A stretch of DNA of 64,000 bases from assembly GCA_019038645.1 (NCBI GenBank), contig JAHOYT010000022.1, positions 998 through 64,997 on the forward strand, read 5' to 3'. The notes under the pieces were generated by a model, which searched no databases, had not been told where the DNA came from, and saw only the letters and a program-made list of their open reading frames with translations. Each line of letters begins with the position of its first letter. Positions within the stretch are counted from its first letter, which is position 1. Shown piece by piece: positions 27,880 through 35,622 of the stretch. The position numbers and the translations under genes are program-made. This DNA comes from Bacteroidales bacterium (GTDB lineage: Bacteria; Bacteroidota; Bacteroidia; Bacteroidales; UBA12077).

Positions 27880-29073
27880 TTGACAATTGACAGATACAAT
27901 TTCGAAGGTAAAAAAGTTCTGATGCGGGTTGATTTCAATGTGCCAATGAACGAAAACAGAGAAATTACTGATGCCACAAGAATTATAACTGCTTTACCTA
28001 CTGTACGGAAAATATTAGCTGAAGGTGGTTCTGTTATATTTTTAACTCATTTAGGCAGGCCAAAAGGAAAATCTGATGAAAATCTTTCGTTAAAACATAT
28101 TCTACCGTTTTTATCAAAAGCGCTTGATAAAAAAGTGAAATTTGCGGCTAACTGCATTGGAGAAGAAGCTATAATTGCAGCTACTGTGCTCCAACCCGGA
28201 GAATGCCTGTTACTTGAAAATCTTAGATTTCATAAAGAAGAAACAGATGCAGATGAAAGCTTTGCGAAACAATTAGCCGAACTTGGAGATACTTATGTTT
28301 TTAACGCTTTCGGAACTGCACACAGAGCGCATGCTTCAACGTATACGATTAACAAATTTTTTCCTGAAGATAAAATGTTTGGTTATCTGGTGGAAAATGA
28401 AATTAACAATATTGATAAAGTTATTAAGAAAGCCAAAGCGCCGTTTACTGCCATACTTGGCGGATCAAAAGTATCTACTAAAATACAAATCATTGATGCA
28501 TTAATTGAAAAAGTTGACAATTTGATTATTGCCGGTGGAATTGCATTTACTTTTGCTAAGGCTATGGGTGGTAAAGTTGGAAATTCTCTTATAGAAGATG
28601 ATTTTATTGATGTTGCTAAAAAGATTATTACAAAAGCGCAAGAAAACAGCGTAAACCTTTATCTGCCTACGGATTGTATTATTGCGGATGAATTTAATGA
28701 TGATGCTAATATTGAGCATTGCGAAATAAATAAGATAAAAGATGGCTGGATGGGACTGGATATTGGAATAAAATCAGCCAACGAATTTACTGAAGTAATT
28801 GAAAACTCTTCTACTATACTTTGGAACGGACCAATTGGTGTATTTGAAATGTCGAATTTTTCGATGGGAACTTTAAAAATTGCCATGGCTGTTGCCCGCG
28901 CTACAGATAAAGGAGCTTTCTCGCTAATTGGTGGTGGAGACTCAATTGCTGCCGTTAACAAATATAGTCTTGCTTATAAAATAAGCTATATCTCTACTGC
29001 CGGTGGTGCTTTGCTTGAATATATTGAAGGAAAGGAATTGCCTGCGCTTAAAGCTATAAAGGAAGATATATAA
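26689..29073 (+). CDS. pgk: Tandem-fused double phosphoglycerate kinase (PGK-PGK, two complete units in one ORF)
   Basis: 794 aa. Residues 1-397 and 398-794 each form a full PGK. Both carry RVDFNVP, THLGRPKG, LLENLRF.KEE, NAFGTAHRAHAS, AILGGSKVS.KI, WNGPIGVFE, GGGDS and STAGGALLEY. There is no stop codon or frameshift at the junction (27871-27890, ...KQN|LTIDRYNF). Confidence 0.95.
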   Translation: MYSIDNYNFSGKKVLMRVDFNVPLNNKLEITDDTRIITAIPTIQKIITEGGSIILLTHLGRPKGKFNEKMSLKIILPHLKKILGREIKFAPDCIGIKAEKLAKNLNPGEILLLENLRFYKEETDADEGFARHLAGLGDVYVNNAFGTAHRAHASTYTIAKHFPKKCMFGYLVESEINNIDKILHQPLHPFTAILGGSKVSSKIHIIEALLEKVDNLIIAGGIGFTFAKAMGGKIGSSLVEDAYLDFARHIISEAKNNNVKLYLPTDCVIANEFRNSAKIDHCNINEIPDGWMGLDIGIKSANRFAEVIENSEKILWNGPIGVFEMPSFSMGTLKTAMSVARATDKGAFSLIGGGDSIAAVNKYSLAHKISYISTAGGALLEYLEGKELPSIKAIKQNLTIDRYNFEGKKVLMRVDFNVPMNENREITDATRIITALPTVRKILAEGGSVIFLTHLGRPKGKSDENLSLKHILPFLSKALDKKVKFAANCIGEEAIIAATVLQPGECLLLENLRFHKEETDADESFAKQLAELGDTYVFNAFGTAHRAHASTYTINKFFPEDKMFGYLVENEINNIDKVIKKAKAPFTAILGGSKVSTKIQIIDALIEKVDNLIIAGGIAFTFAKAMGGKVGNSLIEDDFIDVAKKIITKAQENSVNLYLPTDCIIADEFNDDANIEHCEINKIKDGWMGLDIGIKSANEFTEVIENSSTILWNGPIGVFEMSNFSMGTLKIAMAVARATDKGAFSLIGGGDSIAAVNKYSLAYKISYISTAGGALLEYIEGKELPALKAIKEDI
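27880..29070 (+). repeat. PGK unit 2 of the intragenic tandem duplication
   Basis: It begins with a TTG codon (27880-27882) at the position equivalent to codon 2 of unit 1. It ends ...LKAIKEDI followed by a stop. Confidence 0.9.
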
Positions 29074-29095
29074 GAACCATATTAAATCGTTCAAA

Positions 29096-29134
29096 TTAGG
29101 ATCACGAATTAAAGTGATTCTAATTTTATTGCTT
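29096..29134 (+). terminator. Candidate intrinsic terminator after the PGK-PGK gene
   Basis: 10-bp stem TTAGGATCAC / GTGATTCTAA (one G-U pair), 8-nt loop, followed by TTTTATTGCTT. Confidence 0.45.
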
Positions 29135-29191
29135 AAAAAACAATTTTGAAGTAAATTGTGTTCCCTTTCTTTAATTAATTTCTAATTCAAC

Positions 29192-29197
29192 AGGAGG
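29192..29197 (+). promoter_or_regulatory. Canonical Shine-Dalgarno sequence AGGAGG, 5 nt upstream of the ATG at 29203
   Basis: The sequence reads CAGGAGGTAAAAATG. None of the other ~43 start regions in this window has a comparable purine-rich SD. Confidence 0.6.
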
Positions 29198-29202
29198 TAA
29201 AA

Positions 29203-30489
29203 ATGATTGACAAATATAATATTCCATTAATACAGGATGCAGATCTTAACGGTAAGGTAGTGTTGGTTCGTGTTGATCATAATGTGGTAAAAAAAGGGAT
29301 TATTCATGATCCGTACAGAATTGATGCTACCATCGGAACATTGTATCATATTAATGCAAAAGGAGGCAAAATAATTTTAATGTCGCATGTTGGACGGCCA
29401 AGGGACAAAAAAACCGGAGACATTACAATCGGAAAGGACACATCGGTAGAACCAATTGTTGAATACCTCAGAAATAAACTTCATATCAGCATGAAAATTC
29501 CTGATTTTTATCCTCATGAAAATAAAGGATACATTGGAATTGAAACATCAATAAATCACTCAATCCGCGAATTGAAAGAAGGTAAAATAGACGGAATTTA
29601 CTTACCAAATACACGTTGGTTTCAGGGCGAAGAGTCAAAAGATTCTGATATGGATCGTTTTGCAAATCAGCTTGCCGGATTAGCAGACATATTTGTTAAT
29701 GACGCATTCGGATCGTGGCAGCCTCATGCTTCTACTATTGGAGTAAATAAATATTTACCGTCTTATGCAGGATTCTTAATGCAAAAGGAAATTGAAAACC
29801 TTGAGCGAATTTATAGCCCACAATCCCCTTTTATTGCTGTTGTGGCAGGTTCAAAATTTGATACAAAGATTGATTCTTTATATGCTTTGATTAAAAAAGC
29901 TGATTATCTGGTTTTAGGAGGTGTTATTTATAATGCATATTTATATGCAAAATATGGTATCGAGATAAAAGGTATTTCACAAGATGATGTAGCTCATGCA
30001 AAAAAATTTGTAGAATTCAGCGAACAACATCCCGGCAAATTAATTGAGCTTCCGTTTATTATTGAATCAGACACACTGGAAGGAAAATTTGAAGGGAAAA
30101 ATCGTGTCCATAATATTCATGAATTAAAGCCCGGAACAAAACTAAATTATGTTCTTGATGTAGCAAAAGAATCATTTTACGAAGATAAAATTCATAAAAT
30201 TTTCTCAACGGCGCGAACAGTATTTGTTAATGCTGTAATGGGTTTCACGCCACATTTCAACGAAGGAACAATTGCCCTGGATGAATTAATTGATGAAAAT
30301 ATTGAGGCAGTAAAACTTTACGGCGGCGGTGATACAATGCAGGAACTAAAAAGATTATTACCGGGATTATACATCGTTGCTCTCGACAGCCCTAAGTACT
30401 ACATCTTTACAGGTGGGGGAGCTGTTTTAAAAGCAATTCAGGAAGGAACAACTTTAGGAATTGAGCCCGTAAAGGTTTTAACAAAATAA
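29203..30489 (+). CDS. Divergent phosphoglycerate-kinase-fold protein (PGK-like kinase, substrate uncertain)
   Basis: 428 aa. It retains RVDHNV, SHVGRPRD, NTRWFQGEE, VAGSKFDTKI, GGGDTMQE and FTGGGAVL. AFGTAHRAH is replaced by AFGSWQPH, and WNGPxGVFE by VNAVMGFTPHFNE. Confidence 0.75.
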   Translation: MIDKYNIPLIQDADLNGKVVLVRVDHNVVKKGIIHDPYRIDATIGTLYHINAKGGKIILMSHVGRPRDKKTGDITIGKDTSVEPIVEYLRNKLHISMKIPDFYPHENKGYIGIETSINHSIRELKEGKIDGIYLPNTRWFQGEESKDSDMDRFANQLAGLADIFVNDAFGSWQPHASTIGVNKYLPSYAGFLMQKEIENLERIYSPQSPFIAVVAGSKFDTKIDSLYALIKKADYLVLGGVIYNAYLYAKYGIEIKGISQDDVAHAKKFVEFSEQHPGKLIELPFIIESDTLEGKFEGKNRVHNIHELKPGTKLNYVLDVAKESFYEDKIHKIFSTARTVFVNAVMGFTPHFNEGTIALDELIDENIEAVKLYGGGDTMQELKRLLPGLYIVALDSPKYYIFTGGGAVLKAIQEGTTLGIEPVKVLTK

Positions 30490-30530
30490 AAAAAATCGCA
30501 TTTTTGCACTTTAAAAAATATAGAAGGAGC

Positions 30531-30694
30531 TGTTCAAAAACAATTTTAAGTTAATCAACACTTCGACAAGCTCAGTGTGACAAGCTGAAATACAAAAAGT
30601 TGTCATGTTGAGCCTGACTGCCGCCCGCCTGCCGGACGGACAGGTTAGGCAGGTTTATCGAATCACAAACAATTTTTTGGCTTTTTGGACAACA
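30531..30694 (+). repeat. REP/MITE-like nested-palindrome intergenic element, copy A (degenerate, with GC-rich core)
   Basis: Outer arms are TGTTCAAAAAC (30531-41) and GGCTTTTTGGACAAC (30679-93). Inner arms are CTTCGACAAGCTCAGTGTGAC (30561-81) and TTGTCATGTTGAGCC (30600-14). The GC-rich segment CTGCCGCCCGCCTGCCGGACGGACAGGTTAGGCAGG is very atypical for this AT-rich DNA. Confidence 0.6.
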
Positions 30695-30738
30695 TCTTTC
30701 TTTCACAAATTTTCTGTTCTATTAATTTATTATAAAAT

Positions 30739-32076
30739 ATGAAAGCTTTTAAGGCATACGACATTCGGGGAATATATAACGAAGATTTTAATAAAGATGA
30801 TGCTTATAAAATAGGGTATTTCTTACCCGAACTTTTACAGGCTGATAATGTTTTAGTTGGCAGGGATGTACGAATTTCATCTGATGAAATATTTGAATAT
30901 CTTGCTCAGGGAATTGTCGATAGCGGCGCAAACGTTTATAACATTGGCATCTCTACGACTCCAATGGTATATTACATAACTGCAAAACATAAATTTGCTG
31001 CTTCGGTGCAAATTACTGCATCGCACAATTCACGTGAATATAACGGAATGAAAATTTCAAAATCGAATGCTTTGCCTGTTGGTTTTGATACAGGCTTAAA
31101 AGAGCTTCTCGAAATGATACAAACCCGTGAAGTTGTGATTGCCGATAAAAAAGGGAAAATAGTTGATTATAAAGTTAAAGGCGAATATGTTGAATTTTTA
31201 AAGACTTATGTTCAGGATTATTCTGACCTTAAAATGGCCGTAGATTGTTCAAACGGCATGGCCGGATTACTAATTAAAAAACTATTGGGGAGAAAACCTG
31301 TTTACTTATTTGAGGAACTTGACGGCAGTTTCCCAAATCATGAACCAAATCCTTTAATTGAAGAAAATGTTGCTGATCTTAAAAAAACAGTATTAAGTGA
31401 AAAATGCGATATCGGAGTTATTTTCGATGGCGATGCCGATCGGGTAATGTTTGTTGACGAAAAAGGACAGTTTATTTCTCCTGATTTAATTATTGGGCTT
31501 ATGGCTCATTATTTTCTTGAAAAAGAAAAAGGTGCTGTTCTTGAAGATATTCGTACATCGAAAGCTGTTAAAAAGTATGTTGAAAAGCTGGGAGGCAAAA
31601 TGCATACCTGGCGCGTGGGAAGAGCTTATGCTGCGCCAAAATTAAGAGAGATTAAAGGTATTTATGGTGGTGAGCTGGCTGGTCATTATTATTTTCGCGA
31701 TTTCTTTTATTCCGATTCAGGTATTTTAGCGGCATTAATCGTATTAAATCTTCTTGTACGATTTAAAAAAGAAGGAAAAACCATGTCGGAGCTAATTTCT
31801 GATATCAGCAAATATGCAAATTCCGGCGAAATCAATTTTAAAATTGTACAGAAACAGGAAGCTATGGAGGCTTTAAAAGATTATTTTGTTGCCGAAGAAG
31901 AGCCTATGGAAATTCTTGATTTTGATGGCTATCGTCTTGAATTTAAGGATTGGTGGTTTAATGTTCGCCCTTCGAATACTGAACCTTATTTGCGATTATT
32001 AGCCGAAGCTGATAATGAGGAAATCCTTAAAACAAAGTTAGCAGATATTAAAACGATTCTTAAGAAGTTTAAATAA
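30739..32076 (+). CDS. Phosphomannomutase / phosphoglucomutase (alpha-D-phosphohexomutase family)
   Basis: 445 aa. Active-site serine loop TASHNSREYNGMK, metal loop FDGDADR, sugar loop GGELAGH, and the C-terminal phosphate-binding motif RPSNTEPYLR. Confidence 0.9.
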   Translation: MKAFKAYDIRGIYNEDFNKDDAYKIGYFLPELLQADNVLVGRDVRISSDEIFEYLAQGIVDSGANVYNIGISTTPMVYYITAKHKFAASVQITASHNSREYNGMKISKSNALPVGFDTGLKELLEMIQTREVVIADKKGKIVDYKVKGEYVEFLKTYVQDYSDLKMAVDCSNGMAGLLIKKLLGRKPVYLFEELDGSFPNHEPNPLIEENVADLKKTVLSEKCDIGVIFDGDADRVMFVDEKGQFISPDLIIGLMAHYFLEKEKGAVLEDIRTSKAVKKYVEKLGGKMHTWRVGRAYAAPKLREIKGIYGGELAGHYYFRDFFYSDSGILAALIVLNLLVRFKKEGKTMSELISDISKYANSGEINFKIVQKQEAMEALKDYFVAEEEPMEILDFDGYRLEFKDWWFNVRPSNTEPYLRLLAEADNEEILKTKLADIKTILKKFK

Positions 32077-32091
32077 ATTATTGCCGGAATT

Positions 32092-32210
32092 ATCCAAAAA
32101 GTAATATTTTAATCAGACTTGTCATGTTGAGCGAAGTCGAAACATCTCAATATTAAATAAAACAGATTCTTCGACTTCGCTCAGAATGACTATTAATTGA
32201 CTTTTTGGAT
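32092..32210 (+). repeat. REP/MITE-like nested-palindrome element, copy B (best preserved); probable bidirectional terminator between convergent genes
   Basis: The inner 26-nt inverted repeat is GTCATGTTGAGCGAAGTCGAAACATC (32121-46) and GATTCTTCGACTTCGCTCAGAATGAC (32165-90). It forms 22 Watson-Crick pairs plus 1 G-U, with an 18-nt loop. The outer inverted repeat is ATCCAAAAAGT (32092-102) and GACTTTTTGGAT (32199-210). Confidence 0.75.
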
Positions 32211-32221
32211 ACTCCTGATTT

Positions 32222-33664
32222 TTACTCCCCATTTTTAAAAAGATTATATAATACTTTGAGGTTAATTAACCGGAAAACAAAAGCAAGAATCAGCGATAAA
32301 ACAATAATTCCCACAAATTTATACATCCAGAACAGATCAACATGAATGGAAAGTTTTGCAATTGCAAAAACACCTGCTACAAAAAGTGATAATATCGCAA
32401 TTCTTTTAATATTGATATTAAATTTAAATATTCTTTTCGCAATAATAACCTGAGTAATTGCTACAATGGATTGCGTTATTAAGCTTGCTATTGCAGAACC
32501 CAGTGCAAAATACTTTGGTATAAGAATCAGGTTTAATATAATATTTATTGCAACTCCTCCGGCTGCTAACATATTTAATTCCCTTAAATTGCCATTAGCA
32601 GTAAGTAAAGTTCCAAAAATATAACCAAATGATATTCCGATAAAACACAATATTAATACTCCAAATATCGATGAGGATATTTCAACATGCTGATGATATA
32701 ACAAATCTATTAGTTCAACTCTGTAAAAATAAGATGCAAAAGTTACACCCAGAACAGGTACAATTAACAATAAAAATGAAAAGAGAGTTAACTGATTAAC
32801 CGACTCTTTCTGTTTTATCATTCGGGAAAATATGGGAAGAAGAAGCACTGCAAAAAGAAAAGCAAACATTGCTGCTGCATCTAAAACTCTGAAACCCTGC
32901 GCATAAATTCCTGCCTGCACTTTTCCATCAGGCAGCAATCTTTCCAGCATTACCGAATCGACCCTGTAATAAAAAACCATTAAAAGCGCCAGTAATGCAT
33001 ATGGATAACTTTTTTTCAATGTAGCAAGAAAGTATCTTCTGTCAAAATTCAAACTTAATAGTTCTGCCTTGTTGTAAACAATCACAAGTGTAATTAACAT
33101 AGTCAATACATAAGCTACAGTTTGAGCATAAACAAACCATTCAATTCTAAAATCAGTATTTGTTATTCCTCCCCAAAGTAAAACGCTGCAAATTAAAATC
33201 ATTAATGCACGATCAAGCACAGAAATAAAACTGTCGGTTTTAAAGTAATGCAACCCACTTAGATTCGACCTAAGATATAGGATAAAAGATGCAATAAATT
33301 GATTTAAAATCAGGAATAATAAAATCTGAAACTGTCGCCAGTCATAACCAATAAAAAAGCCTGCAACAATAGTAACCACAGCATACAATATTGCCAGCAA
33401 TAGCTTTAATCCAACAATATTCGATAATGATTTGCTTAACAATTGATTATGCTGTGCTATATTCCGGTTGTTGTAGTTAGTAATTCCTAAATCGAGCAGC
33501 ATATTCAACAATAAAGAAAAGTTGAAAAGCGAAAAGTAAAGGCCATACTCTTCGGCACCAACAACGTTCTGAACAGTCCGGTCGATGCCAAATATCCAGA
33601 ATGGCTTAATCAACAGATTAAGTAATAATAATAACGAAAGATTGGTGAAAAACTTTCTTTTCAC
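32222..33664 (-). CDS. Polysaccharide flippase (Wzx/MOP-superfamily polysaccharide biosynthesis protein)
   Basis: 480 aa, highly hydrophobic with 12 or more predicted TM helices and the typical N-terminal pattern of Wzx/RfbX-type transporters. It is adjacent to methyltransferase and glycosyltransferase genes. Confidence 0.7.
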   Translation of the reverse strand: MKRKFFTNLSLLLLLNLLIKPFWIFGIDRTVQNVVGAEEYGLYFSLFNFSLLLNMLLDLGITNYNNRNIAQHNQLLSKSLSNIVGLKLLLAILYAVVTIVAGFFIGYDWRQFQILLFLILNQFIASFILYLRSNLSGLHYFKTDSFISVLDRALMILICSVLLWGGITNTDFRIEWFVYAQTVAYVLTMLITLVIVYNKAELLSLNFDRRYFLATLKKSYPYALLALLMVFYYRVDSVMLERLLPDGKVQAGIYAQGFRVLDAAAMFAFLFAVLLLPIFSRMIKQKESVNQLTLFSFLLLIVPVLGVTFASYFYRVELIDLLYHQHVEISSSIFGVLILCFIGISFGYIFGTLLTANGNLRELNMLAAGGVAINIILNLILIPKYFALGSAIASLITQSIVAITQVIIAKRIFKFNINIKRIAILSLFVAGVFAIAKLSIHVDLFWMYKFVGIIVLSLILAFVFRLINLKVLYNLFKNGE

Positions 33665-33691
33665 AATAAGTAAATTAGAAATATAAAGTTA

Positions 33692-34438
33692 CTAAAGTTT
33701 CAGGTAATCACAACGTTCTGCCGGAATAAAGAAAAAATTCTGATATCCCTTTCTTTCTTTGTATTCTTTTAAAATATTTTCCTGATTTATAAATACTTTG
33801 TAGTTTAATTTGCTGATAAACCCTAAACTTCTTTCCCTATTTTCACTTTCCCATAGCTCACAATAAATCACGGGCCTGTTTTTTTGTATTAATTTCTCAG
33901 CACCTTTGAGTACATTATACTCATACTCCTCAACATCAATTTTAACAGCATTTATTTTTATGTTCTTAAGCTCTTCAATATCATCCAAACGCTTCATCTC
34001 AACATCATATAAATGCCCACTATTTTTTTTGTTTATTTCCTCAACATGACTTAAACCATGAAAATAAACTTTATTAAATTCAGGCATTACCATTTTAACC
34101 TTATCATTTTTATTTCCAACTGCATGTTGATAAATCTTCACATTTAACAAATTATTTTTCCTTACAATTCTTTTTAATACTTTTATATTATCTAATACCG
34201 GTTCAAATGAGTGCACCGCTGATTCAGGAAGTTTTTTTGAAAAACAGTATGTCATTACACCAATGTTGGCACCAATATCCAACACATGTTCTCCATCTTC
34301 AATTATGTCCATAAATCTCAAAAAATCTTTCTCATTTTTATCGTATGGTAATTTTAAAATTACATATCGGGCAAATAAAAAAAGGTAATTATGCAGTCCG
34401 AAAGTTTTTTGAAGTATGTATTTTATTAAGTTCTTCAA
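33692..34438 (-). CDS. FkbM-family SAM-dependent methyltransferase
   Basis: 248 aa. SAM motif VLDIGANIGVMTYCFS and a downstream FEP...N motif, typical of the FkbM family. Confidence 0.75.
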   Translation of the reverse strand: MKNLIKYILQKTFGLHNYLFLFARYVILKLPYDKNEKDFLRFMDIIEDGEHVLDIGANIGVMTYCFSKKLPESAVHSFEPVLDNIKVLKRIVRKNNLLNVKIYQHAVGNKNDKVKMVMPEFNKVYFHGLSHVEEINKKNSGHLYDVEMKRLDDIEELKNIKINAVKIDVEEYEYNVLKGAEKLIQKNRPVIYCELWESENRERSLGFISKLNYKVFINQENILKEYKERKGYQNFFFIPAERCDYLKL

Positions 34439-34491
34439 TTTTTTAGCATCTTTGTTACAAAGATATGATAATCCATTAAAACTGTTCCCAT

Positions 34492-35622
34492 TTGAATATT
34501 GCTGTTAACACAAGAGTTTTATTAAAAAACAAACTGGAAGGTATTGGTTGGTTTACCTACGAAACTATGAAACGGATCACAAAGAATCATCCGGAACATA
34601 ATTTCTATTTTATTTTTGACAGACCATATGATAAGGAATTTATTTTTTCTGATAATGTTTATCCTGTTGTTATCGGCCCGCAAGCGCGACATCCGGTTTT
34701 ATTTTATTACTGGTTCGAAAAATCAATTCCAAAAATTCTGAAACAAATCGATGCTGATATCTTTATTTCGCCAGACGGCTATTTGTCGTTAAGGCCTGAC
34801 GTTAAGTCTATTGTGGTTATTCACGATGTCAGTTTTATGCATAATCCAAAAGATTTCCCTTTTGGTATTAGGAATTATTATCAATATTTTTTTCCGCGTT
34901 TTGCACAAAAAGCAAATAAAATAGTAAGCGTTTCTGAATTCTCAAAACAGGATATTGCCCAACAGTTTAATATAAACTCCGATAATATTGATGTAGTTTA
35001 TAATGGATCAAATGAAGTATATAAACCATCGCCTGATGAGGAAATAATAAAAACTAAACAACAGTATACTGAAGGAGTTGACTTTTTTATTTTTGTAGGA
35101 GCTTTAAGTCCACGTAAAAATGTTGCAAATCTTCTTTTAGCATTTGATTTGTTTAAATCCAAAACCAGAAGTGATTTGAAGCTGGTTATTGTAGGCGGGA
35201 AAATGTTTAAAACAAAAAGCATAAAAGATGTTTTTAACAAAATGATCTTTAAGAATGATGTCGTTTTTACAGGCAGATTAAATCCTGTCCAGCTTAAAAA
35301 TCTTTACAGCGCAGCACTTGCTTTAACTTTCGTGCCCTATTTCGAAGGATTCGGAATTCCTATTATTGAAGCTATGTATTGTGACACAGCAGTAATAACT
35401 TCCAATGTTACATCTATGCCTGAAGTGGCAGGAGATGCCGCCCTGTTTGCTAATCCGTTTTCTGTAAAATCCATTGCTGATGCAATGGAAAAAATCTACA
35501 GTGATTCTGATCTTCGAAATAAGTTTATAGAAAAAGGTAAAACTCAAAGACAAAAATTTAGTTGGGATAAAACTGCTGGTAAATTCTGGAATAGTATCGA
35601 AAAAGTAATGTATGACTATTAA
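34492..35622 (+). CDS. Glycosyltransferase family 4 (GT-B, GT1-domain)
   Basis: 376 aa. E-x7-E region [41 protein letters not shown] start at 34492. It overlaps rnhB by 11 nt. Confidence 0.85.
   Translation: MNIAVNTRVLLKNKLEGIGWFTYETMKRITKNHPEHNFYFIFDRPYDKEFIFSDNVYPVVIGPQARHPVLFYYWFEKSIPKILKQIDADIFISPDGYLSLRPDVKSIVVIHDVSFMHNPKDFPFGIRNYYQYFFPRFAQKANKIVSVSEFSKQDIAQQFNINSDNIDVVYNGSNEVYKPSPDEEIIKTKQQYTEGVDFFIFVGALSPRKNVANLLLAFDLFKSKTRSDLKLVIVGGKMFKTKSIKDVFNKMIFKNDVVFTGRLNPVQLKNLYSAALALTFVPYFEGFGIPIIEAMYCDTAVITSNVTSMPEVAGDAALFANPFSVKSIADAMEKIYSDSDLRNKFIEKGKTQRQKFSWDKTAGKFWNSIEKVMYDY

Noticed and set aside
26689-29073. The possibility that the double PGK is an assembly artefact (a collapsed or duplicated repeat), or two genes mis-joined by a sequencing error.
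   Set aside because: The two halves differ at roughly a quarter to a third of nucleotide positions. Assemblers do not create such diverged tandem copies. The reading frame is continuous through a junction that aligns cleanly to both the C-terminus and the N-terminus of PGK. A single-base error that removed a stop codon cannot be excluded without reads, so this is listed as the refutation test.
30606-30741. A ~45-codon ORF starting MLSLTAARLPDGQVRQ in the spacer between the PGK-like and PMM genes.
   Set aside because: It is generated by the GC-rich palindromic repeat element. ORFs of this MLSL... type are a familiar annotation artefact of such repeats. It has no start context or motif support.
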